Positions 25,415-39,487 of a stretch of 64,000 bases of DNA are shown one piece after another (within the stretch, counting starts at the first letter, position 1; every line of letters begins with the position of its first letter). The DNA comes from Podarcis erhardii (lineage: Eukaryota). The stretch lies in assembly GCA_964252035.1 (NCBI GenBank), contig OZ176205.1; one strand, 5' to 3'. The notes beneath the pieces are model-generated. The model was not told the DNA's origin and did not search any database. It was given only the letters and a program-made list of their open reading frames with translations. A program made the position numbers and the translations under genes.

Positions 25415-26155
25415 CAGGGGTTGGCAACATGCGGTCCATGGGCTGGATGCGGCCCACGAAGACCATTTTACTGGCCCACGAACTGCCTCCAAACCGAGTC
25501 GCCTGCTCAGTGAGTCCCCCGCGTGCTGCGCTAAACCAGCGTAGAGGGGCGCAGGGACTCACCAAGCGGCGCAGGAAATCGCATCTGCACACGCGCAGAT
25601 ACCGGAAATCATTTGCAGTGTCTGGGCATGCACAGAAGTGATTTCCGGGGCACCACGGACATGTGCAGATGCGATTTCCAGCGTCGCGCTGTGCTGGTCC
25701 AGCCCACGGACGATCTCCACTGGAGTGACCCGGCCCATGGACCCGGCCCATGGACTATCAGAGGCCTTGCTGACCTCTGATAAAGGTAAAGGTACCCCTG
25801 CCCGTACGGGCCAGTCGTGTCCGACTCTAAGGTTGTGCGCCCATCTCACTTAAGAGACCAGGGGCCAGCGCTGTCCGGAGACACTTCTGGGTCATGTGGC
25901 CAGTGTGATGAAGCTGCTCTGGCGAGCCAGCACCAGCGCAGCACACGGAAACGCCATTTACCTTCCCGTTAGAAAGCGGTACCTATTTATCTAATTGCAC
26001 TTAGGGGTGCTTTCAAACTGCTAGGTGGGCAGGAGCTGGGACCGAAAGACGGGAGTTCACCCCGCCGCGGGGATTCAAACCGCTGACCCTGCAATCGGCA
26101 AGTCCTAGGCACTGAGGTTTTACCCACAGCGCCACCCGCGTCCCGCTGACCCCTG
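25415..26155. mobile_element. hAT-type MITE with a Sauria SINE inserted at its right TIR
   Basis: TIRs CAGGGGTTGGCAA and TTGCTGACCCCTG. 8-bp TSD ataaagac at 25407-25414 and 26156-26163. Internal inverted repeat ggaaatcgcatctgcaca / tgtgcagatgcgatttcc. Confidence 0.85.
25785..26144 (-). mobile_element. Sauria SINE
   Basis: Head and tail as in the other copies. 16-bp TSD gctgacc(t/c)ctgataaa at 25769-25784 and 26145-26160. Confidence 0.92.
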
Positions 26156-27944
26156 ATAAAGACAATAATCTCCTATGCTTGGGTTTGTTTTTTGAGTGGA
26201 AGCAGGGGCACTTCCACTGTTCTCCCCCCCCCCCGCAAGATAGGTTATTGATGCTCTCCATCCCTGCCCCCCAATCCATGTATGCCCATGAAATGCCTTG
26301 AATATGGGCATCCAATTTGTGTTGTCCTTCACCTCAATCACTCCTCCCCCTTTGCCTATTCTGGGCACATACATAAGTCTTTCTTCACTTGTGCATGCAC
26401 ACCTTTAACAAAATCCCAAAGAAAACCCAAGAAGCATGCAAGAGTAAAAAAAGCAAAGCCTTGGGTTATCATGTTTCACAATGGACAAAATGGATACATG
26501 AGCTCCTCCTAGCTGGGGTGTTGTAATTCAAAACAGACAGCAATCAGTAGTTATAGGCGTTGCTATAAATGAAAAGGATTGTGCTCAGGTGAGAAGCAAG
26601 CGCACACAGCCCTGTGACAGTAGAAGCCACCCACCACACACATAATAAATCACCCATTAATGAATCTGCTGACAGGATTCCACACCAGCAATGATTGCAT
26701 ATGTTATACTTGCCAGATTTCTTACAGAATGGATAAATTTGGATTAAATGACTAAAGATGAAAGGATGGAATTTTGATGACACCGATGTCATATGAATGG
26801 TGCAAAGAAACAAAAAACCCCAATGTGCATGCGTGAGTTTCCAGAATTAATTCTCATGTGGAAATACCCTGAGAGAAAACTTCATAAAATTGGGCTTAGC
26901 TGACCTAACTGTGAACCTGTAGCAGCAGATAGTAAAACAAACAGAAAGGGGCAAATAAGTTGCTGCATAGCTTTTTCTTTTACCATACATACTTCATTTC
27001 TGTTTTTAATGTAGAAGAACAGGGTTAGGTATTGGCAATTATTCTGTGAATTTGGACAACAAAAGGATTGTAAAGAGCGAGGAAAAGCATAGAATTTTGA
27101 TTATAGATATATGCAGGATTATGGAACATTAGAGTCCTACTTTTAAACTGAAAAGGTTCTACAGATGGCGTAAGTGTAATTAAAACCATGCTCCTTTTGC
27201 AGCAATGCAATTTTAAAAGACTGAGGCATGAACAGCTGAAGTCTCCAGCCAAAAGAGAAACTGGCTTAATTGGCTGCAAATGCTTTCTTCTGTGGCCAAC
27301 ATCTGACCCCAAAAGGAAGGAAAGGGGAGGGAAAGTATGATATTTACATGTTTTGCAAACAAAAATGTTTCCAACATTTATGCTCCTCTCCAACTGGCTG
27401 AGCTAACAGAAAATAAGACTTACTTAGACTGCACAGCAGAATCTATTTCACTTTTTTGTGTATTAATTACTGCCCTTATGTGCGTGAATGAAGTTTTTTT
27501 TAAAAAAAAAATCAAACAATGGATTGATGGTTGACTGAATTCCCCGCCCCCGCCAAAAAATGTTTTTTTCCTCCAAGGTTTTCATGCTTATCTTGTCCTG
27601 TTCACAGTCCTTTCTGGAAACTGCTTCAGCACCATTCATTAATGTTTATTTCCTGCAAACTACATAATTCCAGCATATCAGGGATCATGTAGCTAACACA
27701 ACAGCACCATGTGTAGCAATGTCACTGGGGAAAGCAACGTTGTTTTAGCTCTGAATGGAAAGGGCAAGAGAAAACACAATGGCCCACTTCTGAACAAGTG
27801 AAATAATGCTTCCTGTTGTGCCCCACTATGGTGGCAAGCAAAGAAATTATTGGTGGACTGCAGTAAACCAAGTGATCCCATTGGATTAAGGAGACAGGTG
27901 ATCTGGAGCCTACACCTATGCATCAATCACTTACTGCCCAGGTA

Positions 27945-28040
27945 GCTAAATTCTGGCCCTCCAGATGTTGCTGAACCACAGTTTCTATCAGTCCCAGCTA
28001 GTATGGGTCAGTGGTCTGGGATGATGGGAGTGGTACTATA
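27945..28040. mobile_element. Degraded copy of the short palindromic hAT MITE
   Basis: ggccctccagatgttgctgaac...gggatgatgggagt resembles the intact copy at 44139-44274. Further degraded copies are near 18400-18500, 31955-32055, 46270-46400 and 57410-57490. Confidence 0.55.
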
Positions 28041-31000
28041 CTGTACTCAAAATGTACATATACATAACTTAAAATAACAAAAAAATAAAAATAAAAATTG
28101 TCCAGTAGAAAAATAACCAGTGAAACAAACCCAAGTAACACTAATGAGAAGATACATACTGATGGACAGGACATAAAAAAACCTAATCTATTTTCTCAAC
28201 TGCTTTGGGAAGGATGATAACATTCTGCACCTCAAGAGATATCCTAGTGCTTCTTGTACTTTCTTGAGCTTTTCTGGTAAATGGTATCATAACTGATGTA
28301 GTTTACATTATACATGCATTTTTAGGTCAATAAGGTACCACTTTTATATTCCGAGTCTGTTCACCCAGTTAACAGCCACAGAATGAGAATGGGGATACAC
28401 TTTATATTGGAAGCGATCCAGTGAGGACTGATAGCCTGTCATCTTGACAGGTATCTTATTTAAGCTGCTGCTCTTTATTCAGTAAGCAATAGGTGAACAC
28501 TAAGCCTGCTTCTCTGCTCCTGGACCAGAAAATCTATTTTGATGCACTGAGATTTCACTGCTTACACATGAACTTTGGCAACCCAGAGAACACTGGCTCT
28601 GTTGCTTCATTGATGGCTTAGGTCCTTAAGATGATCCCTCTTCTCTGCCCTCAGAACAATTTTACACCCTTTTGACTCACTGAAAAGTTACCAAAGGTGG
28701 TCTTTTGGAAGGTGCAAAAATACTTGCCAACTTGGTCCACAGTTTCAACCGAGCTGTCTTCTTCCATTTCTCACAGAAAAGTTTTAAGTCATGTTGAAAA
28801 GTAACTTAATGACTCACTTCAAGCGACTATTTTCAGATAACTTCCTGAAGCTCCAAAACAAAAGCAAATGTATTTTCAGGCCTGTTCTTCCCTCCTGCTT
28901 ATGTGTGTAACATCCACTGAAGTTCCACGTGCTTATAACCCAACAAGCTTGTTCTTGACCAAGTAGCTGAACCACCTCTTATAAAATTATCATGTTCAAA
29001 ACTGGCTGAAACATAGAGCAATTTTTCTACAATAGACTTTCATCCCAGCTCAAAGCTTAACCAACTGCAGCTAAGATGAGGTGGAAACTTCAGGGAAGGA
29101 TGGTCTTTGTCCATAGAAGCCATGTCATTATAGTAATCTCCCAGACCATGAATTGTCTTGTTTTAGGCAAGATGAATGCTATTTTACTTAAGACTGCTTT
29201 ATAGGCCATGAATTTTATTCACAAAAGCTGAAAAGAAGAGTTTAAATATGCATGAATGGACAAGATTTTTATTCAATGCCAATGTTAAAAAACAGATGGC
29301 ATAACTTAGCATTAAATCTTCATGGAACTTTTCTGTCTCTCTGCACGGGAAAGGGTTACAGGATGCAACTGTACTCTACTATTAGTACAATAAGGACTGC
29401 ATACCTTGTTCCATGAACAATTACTGCACTCCCTGTTCCTTTTAAACTCCATCTTTGAAGGGTAAAAACTTAACTACTATTTACTAGTCTGAGCACAATG
29501 ATGCCCATTCTGACAAAGATTAGTGGGCATGACAAGCAGTCATTTTATGTTAGCTATGCTGTGAAAAACTGAAGATTTGACAGAGAACTTAGAAGCCAAG
29601 GTACTGGACAGCCAAGGTCACCCAATGTATTTCTCAAACCCAGTCAGTGTTCTCAGCTCTTAGCACAAGGATCTCCAATCCTATCCATGTGATTAATAAC
29701 CCAGGGTAACTGAGCAACCTTTGAATAACCCCAATATGTCTAACACAAAGCATGATTTTTCAGGAGCTATAAATCAATGGATTTAACAGAAAAATCCATG
29801 GTTGTTTTGGTTTGGTTTTGCTAGAACATAAAGGATTAGTTGTTATGAATGGCAGTTTCACCATCTAGTTGAAGAGCTTATGGTATTCACAACAGAAACA
29901 GAACTTGTTTAATTTGAAGTAAGTTCTGTAATTCTAACTGGCATCTACATCTGACTAGCACATGGTTCCAATACAGCACTCAAGTAGGACCGAAACACTG
30001 GAGTATTAAAAGGCTTTATTATTTCTGTCTTTTGCCTCAGTTTCCCCAGCTGCCTCTTCAAGGTCTGTGCAGCTGCACTTCATTAGCATCAAACCTAAAG
30101 ATAGACAACGCTACACACAATATCAAGATGAACTTTATTTAACTTCAGAAAAGGTCAGAATTCAGAAACCTACCTACTTGACCACTTTAAAGAAAAATGC
30201 TGTTGAGCAAACATTCCACCCGACAATAAAATCTAAAGCTCTCCAGAAAGACAGTATCAAGAGGAAATAAAATGCAGACATTCACAGAAGATGCAGGGCC
30301 TCTCTTCAGAGTTATAAGGATGTACCTTCTTTCATCCCACCCACTGGAATATATCTTTTTATTACAGAAGAATGAAATACACTTACATTTCCTGGAAGGT
30401 GGTTCAAATCTAATGAGGATGGCCACTATACTGTTGTAGTGCAACATTTTAGTCATTGTATGCTCTCTCAGATTGGTTCTTTGGGGACACAAGTTCAAAG
30501 GCCATTCTCTGCCAGGCTGCGAGTCTACGTTCATTGATTTCAATAAGTCTACTATGAGTATACCACATTTTAAGTAAGTGCCCACAGCTCAGAGCCAAGG
30601 GAGAGCCATGTACATCATGAGAACCAGGCCCTCTGCTATACAGTGCTAGCAGCTGGAAATTGCCTCTTGAACTAAAGGCAGATTGCTATTGACACTAGAG
30701 AAGCATTCCTTCAAGTCTGGTTCAATTTGCCATGAGATGCACAGCAAAAGGAAGTGTCAGTCAATGGAGCCTAGTTTCCCTATGCACTCAGCACCTATTT
30801 GGTTAGTCTTTATTACTTCTTTATGACACACAAAAATGAAAAACAAAAAAAGGATAACTGATGTGTAAAAGCACTTCAAACAAAACTCAGCTTTACAACT
30901 GGCAGTCCTAAAAGTTGGCTATTCATTAACGCTTCTTACTGAGCTTCAGGCCTCCAGCAGTGTAGGATACTGGAAATGTGTGCCAGATTTATTTAGTGGC

Positions 31001-31782
31001 TGTCTTGAATGTTAACAGTTGTTCTGTAACTCAGTGCAGAACTTTGATGTTAAGTCTCTGAAGGTCTAGGTCTGGCTTATGTCAAGTCAATTATAGTTGT
31101 AGAATTGTCCCCTTAAAATGACTTAAAGGGGGGGGACCCATAAGTAAAAATGAGTTCTGCATTATCTATTACTAAGAACTGAATGGATGGGCCATACTAG
31201 TAGAAAAGGAATTGTCTTGGAGCCATGATGCACAGGGCAGAGAGCAACAAAGGAAACAAAGTCTTCAATGCAATGTTATTTAATAAAAATAGTTTTGGTA
31301 GAATGTCAGGGTATACAATTAATTAATCAAAATCTGAAATACCTTATTTGCTAACTGGCCATTTTGTTGGTGAACAGGGTTTTAACTTATTTAGGTATTT
31401 TGGATATTTCTCAAATGATTGTATTGAATCTGAATAGGTTCATGAAGGAGGTTTTCAGTGATTTGAAACAATGGGCATCACAATGGGGTAAGGTTAATAT
31501 GCTTAAGATTAATATATTGTCATGAATAATATATACAGATGTGCAATATGCTGTCCTTTTACAAAAGCCTGACAGTCAGATTTTCAAAATACCTTGTTGT
31601 TCCCATTATAAGTATTAAAACATGAGTATTTCATCCCAGTAGAGAGTTATCTCTACATCTACATGTAGATCTATATCTAAGATTTGAATCTGGGTATTCT
31701 AGTACCAAAGTCCTGTCCAAATATTTTGAACAGCTGGAACCCTATAATCCAGATGGAGTAAACTTGTTGCCCTCATAATGTT

Positions 31783-31945
31783 CATAGAATCACAGAATCA
31801 TAGAACCATAGAGTTGAAAGGGATCCTGTGGATCATCTAGTCCAACCCCCTGCAAGGCAGGAATATGCAGCTGTCACTTACAGGGATTGAACCTGCAACC
31901 TCAGCATTATCAGTACCACGTTCTAACTAACTGAGCTATTCAGGC
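31783..31945 (-). mobile_element. SINE with tRNA-Ile-like head and CR1-derived 3' tail
   Basis: Minus strand reads GCCTGAATAGCTCAGTTAGTTAGAACGTGGTACTGATAATGCTGAGGTTGCAGGTTCAATCCC, then GGGGGTTGGACTAGATGATCC and (ATTCTATG)-like repeats. Confidence 0.75.
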
Positions 31946-33761
31946 AGGCAGGATGACTCCAGTTCCTATCAGACCCAGACAGCACAGTCAATGATCAGGG
32001 AATGACAAGAGATGAAGTCCAACAACATCCAAGGGCCACAGGATTCCTATGGCTACACCTGAACATATTTAATATAGATGTAAACCTCACATGGATACCA
32101 TCTGAAAGGTTCATATCAACTTAAATTCAGTGTAAGATTCATCTGCCAATAGTCACTGTATCTGAAATGTGAACTGATAGTGGTTTACTGTTATTATTAA
32201 TATTAGTTGTATTTTAGAATTGTTAACCTATTTAGTACAAAGATAAGCTGCTCAAATAAGCCATTTTCAGCGCTCTATACATGCACCAAATTTCTGCCTT
32301 TTAACCAATCCCTTAAATTTTAAAGTTCAAATAGGAGGCATGGGAATCAGTAGACGCAAATAGAGTAGACATAGAGAGGGGGCAAAAACATGCATATGCA
32401 TTGGTATCATTTCCTCTCTAAAATATTTTCCTTTAGAAGCATTTTTGGATTGTGGAATATTTAGAGACACACTTCTGCTTTTGCAGTGGGGCAACCTTCT
32501 GCAAGGGAAACTTAAAAGAGGATGTCGTTGTTCACCCCCCTGCATCCTTACAATAGTGTTTCAGGGTTTAAAAAGTACAGTAAGATTTTACTTTTACTTT
32601 TGCAGGGAGGCAACTAAGAACAAATTTGGCACCTTGGTAGTAGCTACTAACAGACACTTAACTAAGTTAACAATCTGATCTCCCACTGCCATGGCATATC
32701 ATTTGTGAGAAAACAACTTGAATCCTGTTCACGCAATTTGTCAATAAGAGTTTTATTCTCTTCCTAATAATGTATTATAGGAGTACACGTATGAGATAAT
32801 TAATTCAAGCACTCATGCCCACTCTGTATGGTCAAACTATCCTTTTTGCTAGCTTCTCTTCCCAGCCAACTGTCACCTCCCTACAATTCAGATCTTCAAG
32901 GCTCATGATTTAATATCTAGTCTTTCAATCATGGAGTGGAAAATGGAACTAAATGCCCTGCAGTCCATTATGCTGCTGAAAGAAAATACTATACATACAC
33001 CAGCTCTACATAGTCAGAGAAAGCAGGTGCACTGCAAAGAAACACTAGCAGAGCAAAGTGTCAAGATTCATTTGAAGCAAACAAGTCAAACCACGGGGAA
33101 AGACCAGCAAAAGGAAAATCAGCGTGATGGCTCAATTAGCTCTAGAAGAACCTTCCTACACATCTCCTAATACGGCAGTCAGAGCATGAGGAAAACCTGT
33201 TTTTCCCTTTCTGTATGCTTTACCCTGCTGCATGAACAGCAATAACTTCATGCAAACGCCAACTGTCTGAGAGACTGACTCACATGCAGAGAGCTAAGAA
33301 GAATGCTGGAAGTTGTACGAAGACTGAATCACTTCAGAATATGCATGCAATTGATTTCTATTACAGGTTTATTTTGTGAAGATGTAAAGCTATCTCAACG
33401 GGCATACTAATTACCTAAGTGAACAAGCTTCGGTCCCACATACAAAAAAAAGCCTTTCATGGATTCTGAGGCATACTTTTTTGAAATGAACTAGTGTTTG
33501 TATAAGACAAAACTAGTGAAAGGTGTGTAGGTGATGGAAGCCTGATTAACTTGTTTACTGTTTCAGTACAACAAGAGCTCTCCAGAGTATGAAGGAGTGA
33601 TTTAATTGCTTAACAATAAATCCTAATAAGCAGTTTAATTGACAGATGAGGAAAATTGCCCAATTAAGTAATCAAGTGTACAGAAAGGAGCCTCTCTCTA
33701 TATATGGCGCCTTTACATGCCTGTCGCCCAGTGTTTCTCAAACTGGAATTGCAGAAAAGAA

Positions 33762-34043
33762 AAGAAGAAGAAGAAGAAGAAGAAGAAGAAGAAGAAGAGG
33801 AGGAGGAGTTTGGATTTGATATCCCGCCTTTCACTCCCCTTCAGGAGTCTCAAAGCGGCTAACAATCTCCTTTCCCTTCCTGCCCCACAACAAACACTCT
33901 GTGAGGTGAGTGGGGCTGACAGACTTCAAAGAAGTGTGACTGGCCCAAGGTCACCCAGCAGCTGCATGTGGAGGAGCGGAGACGCGAACCCGGTTCCCCA
34001 GATTATGTGACTACCGCTCTTAACCACTACACCACGCTGGCTC
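33762..34043 (-). mobile_element. tRNA-derived CORE/MIR-like SINE (Squam3-like) with (CTT)n tail
   Basis: Head GAGCCAGCGTGGTGTAGTGGTTAAGAG, CORE-like GTGACCTTGGGCCAGTCAC, and a (GAA)n/(GAG)n tail on the plus strand. Near-identical to 52914-53164. Family name is tentative. Confidence 0.8.
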
Positions 34044-35711
34044 CAGGGATGAGTGAGGTCATAAATCCCTTCCTGACACCTAAAGAGCCACAAAGGAGAA
34101 CAAAAGTGAGAGTGGGGAAGCTGGATGAGAGATGTGAAGCACAGCAAAAGTGGGTTCAAGTGAAGAAGTAGTGCAAGAGATGAGAAAGCTAAGCAGGTAT
34201 CCCCATGGATGATAAATAAAATAGAAGATCTTTGCTTAGCCATTAATACATGAGCCCCTGACATAAGGAATGGCACTAGGAAAGGTGCATTACAACTTTA
34301 AACAAAATCTTTAAAGTTGCCATTGACCCCATGGTTTCTCAGGAAGTTAATCCTTAACCAAAATTACCTTAAAATTTTCTTTGTGACTCCAAATGCCTGA
34401 AAATGCTATGCAATTACTTATATTTTTTTCTCAAAATGACCCACTTACACATCAAGTTTTAAGACATGCATCATAAAATAGGTAGTCATCATTATGTTTA
34501 GTTACAGCTAAGATGTACTGCAGAGCTGTTACTAAATTTGAATATATAGCTACTTCCCAGTTTTCTTCTTTGGAAGCACAGTAAGTTACAATCATAAGAG
34601 CATCTAACAGGCTTTTATGTCGTGGTAAATACTAAGATAATTTTCAGTGTACCAGATCACAATTAATTGTCTGCCACTAATAATGCAGACTCACTAAGTC
34701 AGCTTGCTTTAAAATCAAAGTGAAATCTAAACAAGGAATATAGACAAGGGGAAATTCACCAGTTTCTCTGGCTCATTGTTCAGGTAGCAAATGAATTCCC
34801 ATAAATGCTAACCCAGTTCCTTACACTTTGCTGACTGCTGATATGGAAAGAAACATCTGGAATTTTTGATAGCACATATTCATTGCAGCCGCTTTAGATT
34901 ATTATACCATCTTCCTACTATTTCTCACCTACAATACGATACAGTAGTGTTAATATCAGACTTGCATTTGTATGAAGTCTCTGCTGGTCATGGCAACACA
35001 AGTATGAAATGTTTCTATGTGCCATTAAGTAATCAGAAATGGCAAGAATGTTCAAATTGACTCATGCTACATTTTTATTAAAAAAAGAAAAGTCATAAGA
35101 GTGATTCAGGAAAACTCACAAAGAATTTGTGTTCAGAAGGTTTTAATACTTTCTTACAAACAGGAACTCTTGACACTTTGAAAAATAATGCCAGCTAGAA
35201 CTATGGATATCTCAACTTCATCAGTATCTCTCACAAAAAGGCTATTTTCTGGACCTTTAAAGTACTACATGTCATAATATTCCATCAGCCCTTTACAAAT
35301 AAGACAGATGTCCAAACTTCAAAATGCTAGCAATATTGTGAAATATAAGAAGCACACAGCAGTTTAACAAGCTGTTCAGGTTTTGCCTCATTTTCATTTC
35401 AAAGCCTATGCCCTCCTAGTAAAAATATTCAGCAAATGCAGTTCCTGTTGACTGTGAAGAGATAGGAAGAAAAAAAGTGATTTACTTATCATCCCTGAAT
35501 CAGTAACTATAGCAAGATGAGAAGACCCTGCAAAACTATACTGTTGAAGGCTCCTTCTACAGAAAAGCTTTGCCAAGGCTTTATTTCACATGGACACCTT
35601 CAGAAGAAAAATGAATCACAGAGAAAGACTCAAGTGGGGAAAGGCATTGTGAACATAATCAGCCCTTAGAAAGTTACAATATAACACAGAAATGAAAAGC
35701 TCTTTGCTTAC

Positions 35712-35813
35712 TCTGAGTGTCTTTGCAATCGGGGAAGGAGACGATGGGGGAGAATCAGACTGAGACTTTCTGTTTCGAGTAAACTCCTTACTCCTGGTAT
35801 ACAAGGACGACAT
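35712..35813 (-). CDS. PPP1R12B: Alternative first coding exon of the smooth-muscle small subunit (smM20/M21-type): [34 protein letters not shown]
   Basis: ACCATGT start, AGA|gtaagc donor, phase 0, in frame with HERLSR. Matches the short-isoform N-terminus recalled from mammals. Confidence 0.9.
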
Positions 35814-36276
35814 GGTCCATTCAGGGTGGTGGCAAGGCAACAGGTCACCTCTCAGTAGCAACAAGATCCAACTCTTCACCTCTGTCTCACTATGTGCAGC
35901 TGGGTGGTGCCTTCTAAAGCAAGAAGAAACTAGTTTGACAATTATAGTATTTTAGCCAGTGTTCAAAGTTACAAGTTTCTAGGCACCAGGCTGACGACTG
36001 CAGAAACAAATGTCACAGTGGGCTGTTCTCCATAATCATGACAAGAGAGACCCCCAGGAGCTTCTGCTGGCAGAGGACAGTGCTAGAGCATGTCACTGTC
36101 AGGTCTGAAACCTGCCTTCAGCTCTTCCAAAAGATTTTCTGCTATTCAGAGCTTTCACACAGCAAAGCCAGACTATTTCCAAACAACCGATGATGGCACG
36201 AAATCCGGTAACAAAATTGGCAAAAGCCTAAAGATTACTAGTTTATCCAGCTAGGAAGACGCCTTAGCAGAAAAGT

Positions 36277-36356
36277 TTTTAAATCCACAGCCTTGTCGAG
36301 GCAGATCTCTGTTGCTGGAGCAGGGCTGCATCATTAGGGAGAAAGTACAAATAAGG
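36277..36356 (-). promoter_or_regulatory. Candidate proximal promoter motifs for the smooth-muscle isoform
   Basis: TATA-like TTTAAAA (36277-36283) and a one-mismatch CArG acaaataagg (36347-36356), about 0.5 kb upstream of the ATG. TSS unknown. Confidence 0.25.
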
Positions 36357-39300
36357 AACAAATGCTGCTACAGAAAGGGGCAGTCCAGATGAAACTGTGT
36401 TTTGTTCCATGCTCCAAGTTAGGAACGCCTTCACACACTTCTATCTACCCTCCCCTCTTGCTATTTTCTGACATTCCAAATCCTTACTTGCTCAGTGAGG
36501 AATGCTGGAGGGAGGCCAAAGGCATAGATTCACTTTCAACTTGGGATTTGGGCTGCTACTTGTAGGAGAAAGAAAGCTGAAAGTTCCTAAAGCCCAGATG
36601 GCTTCGAAATATGAGGTCAGAGCACAACTCAGCTTGCTTGCAAGGTCTAAGTTCCAGCCACTAGTTTTTCTAGCATGTTTGGGTGATTTAGGGCTTCTTC
36701 TTTAACAAGGTCCCCCCCCCCCCACACACACACATTTTCAGGCCACCGCCAGGCAGTCAAAATTTGTGGAGAAGAAAGTTAAAAATCTCTTAGAAGTTTG
36801 AATTCTAAGTAAAAATGAACATGTTGCTAGATAGGTGTGCCTAAGCAAACTCTAATTTCCTTTTAACTCTATCATACATTGGGTTCACTTGTGCTGAAAG
36901 TATAACAAGTACACTGAAAAGCTAATTAGTACAAGCTGTAAAGCTAATGCTAAATAGGTTTGGGTGTGATACATTTTGTATCTCCTACACAATCTATGCA
37001 CTATTCTTTGGGATTCCAACAGCATTCAAAAGCAAACCTAAAATAAAGTTTGCCTTTAGCAAATTAGCACTCAAGAATACCAGGGATAATTATTTAGTTC
37101 TCAGAACACTTGAATAATCTCCAAGTCAAAATACAATTGAGAATGAAAAAATATCACTTAGCATTATAATGACTGTGCTTAACAAATATCCATACAGGTA
37201 CTTAACTGGGAAAATATGCAAGAGGGATGTTGGCTAACAATGATAATTTACTGTGTATTCTTCCGAGTATAAATGCCTGGCTCTGCATTACAGAATTATG
37301 TAAAATCTAATTTATGTGATTAGTTAAGGGACTGAAATTTAGGTTCAAGTTCAAGTTCCACAGTAAGGTAGGAATAAATATGTTTAGGAAAAACCTTTTA
37401 TTACACTGCAGCTGCAGGAGGTGTGTGTGAAAAGAGTACGGTAATCAGATAACTGATAAGATTTAGTTTTGCCAAACCTGATTAAGAAACTAGTAGAGCA
37501 ACTATCATATTCAAGTACAACTTCTATGAATTAGCAAGTCAGGTGAAGATACAAAAGGGAACAGCAGATGCTTTAAATCCTATTTTCTTAGGCAAAGCTT
37601 CTTACAATGAGTTAGAATATAAGAATAAGCACACACATTACTTTTAGTCTCTTATACATATGAAGCAACTCTTTGCTGCCAATATGCCTATTTGCATAAT
37701 TGGCCCATATCTCAAAACAACCTTAATTCATTTCTTTAAATATCTTGCACTTCTGCTTTTTCTTCCATGATCGCTTGTGTTCCCAAACAAAATTATTCAA
37801 GTAGCCTACCTCATGACAAGAGAGGTCATATCAGAATACAAAAGAACTTGAAGGTAGCCCAGCTTGACATCAAAGTGGAGTTAAAGATCTCCAAATTCCA
37901 CACACTACTTCTTTTTTCTAACATTATGTCAATATACCAAGAACAATGGAGTGATTCATAATCAGCAGTGGCTAGACTCTGCTAGAAAGAGCTGGGGCGG
38001 GGTAGGGGGGAGGAGAGCTGTGTGTTTAAAGACAAAGTACAGCTAATAGATAGCATAATTTAGAACATGCTGAACCTTTAATGCCGGTGTTCAGTTTAGG
38101 CTGCTGCATGTTGTCAATTAAAGTCCAAACCTTTTGAACAGTTGATATTTTAAACAGAAAGGAACTGAAAACAATGTAGACAAAAAGGAACTGAAATTAA
38201 TCTAGAGCTTCTTAAACTTTGTGAAATCAGTATCACCCATAAAACTTACTAGACCATCCTTCTCACTAATTTCACTGGTTACAACCAAACTACTACAAAC
38301 CTAAACCTTTCCCCAATGTATCAGCCTACCCATAGTTATGAACTGTGTGATGTTGACTGCTATTCTTCCACAGTAGCAGCTTTACCACCACTTGAAGTAA
38401 CTGGGCCAACAACACTCACAATTCCACGTGCTTCCTTTCAGTGATCCGAGTAGGAATGCCAAATCACTAGGAGGAACATAAACATTGTGACTGCGTGTAA
38501 TCTTATTACTAATAAGGCATCAAACACTAGTTATGTCTCATTCACCAGGTCCAGTGCCCAAGCCTACAGAAGGTAGTTCCTGTAAACTTGCATAGCCACA
38601 CATTAGTCGTGTAAGAACATAATATGGGTGGCATAAGTTAGACAGAAGATATGAAGCTTTTAAAAAGTGAATTCATCAGAGGCATTGCTAAATTATTATT
38701 ATAACCCACTTTTTGACAAGAGTCCCCAAAGAAGAGCCCAACTAAAGAAGGCAAGCTATCTGAAACTTGCCTTGAATTAACTTAGAGCTGATTTAATGTC
38801 TTCTGGGGGGGAAAGATCCGACTATATTTTTCTAATATCTGAGAGGCTCAGAAAGATTACTTCCAGAAAGATTCCATCTGCAATTGCATCAGAACCTGGA
38901 GGGGAGGGAGGGAAACAAAATCCCTTTCCTTTTCTATAACTTGTTACTCACCTCTGCCGCTGCTTAAAAAGACGAGAGGGGTGTGTGCTGGGAATCACAG
39001 AATGGTGGGGAGGGTAGAACAGATAGGCATGTAGAGCTAGGAATTTTAATCTGAGCCAGTGAAAAATTTCATCAGGGCTCTTCTATCATGACAAGGTCAT
39101 ATTAAAGTACCTATGGTGAGCTTTTAGGAGTTCCCACAGCTGCACTCAGAAACTTCACCAGCATCCCTGCTCACAACTATAACAGGAGCAGGCATGTGAT
39201 AGCATTTTTGCCACCCCTCCTTCCTCTCATGATTTTCTCCCCCAGAATAGTTGTGTCTTATATTGCCAGTGGGAGAAAGGGGCAAGGAAGACTGCTTATA

Positions 39301-39487
39301 ATTCTGCTTTTAAGCTATTTTAAGCTAGGTCAAGAAACCTAAACCATGTGTATAAGATATGTTAATGCTGGTTATTCCACCTGACAATCTTAATCATTTT
39401 CTTCTTGATGTCCAAAGTGTCAGCTAAACTAACTATGGGATATGAGCTACCTCACACTCACAACTTCCTTTCCCATAGCTTTAAAAT

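Noticed and set aside
31870-31945. tRNA-Ile-like sequence
   Set aside because: Degenerate stems and direct fusion to a CR1 tail indicate a SINE head, not a tRNA gene.
37994-38013. G-rich run as a possible G-quadruplex
   Set aside because: Only three clear G-tracts of three or more, and no supporting context.
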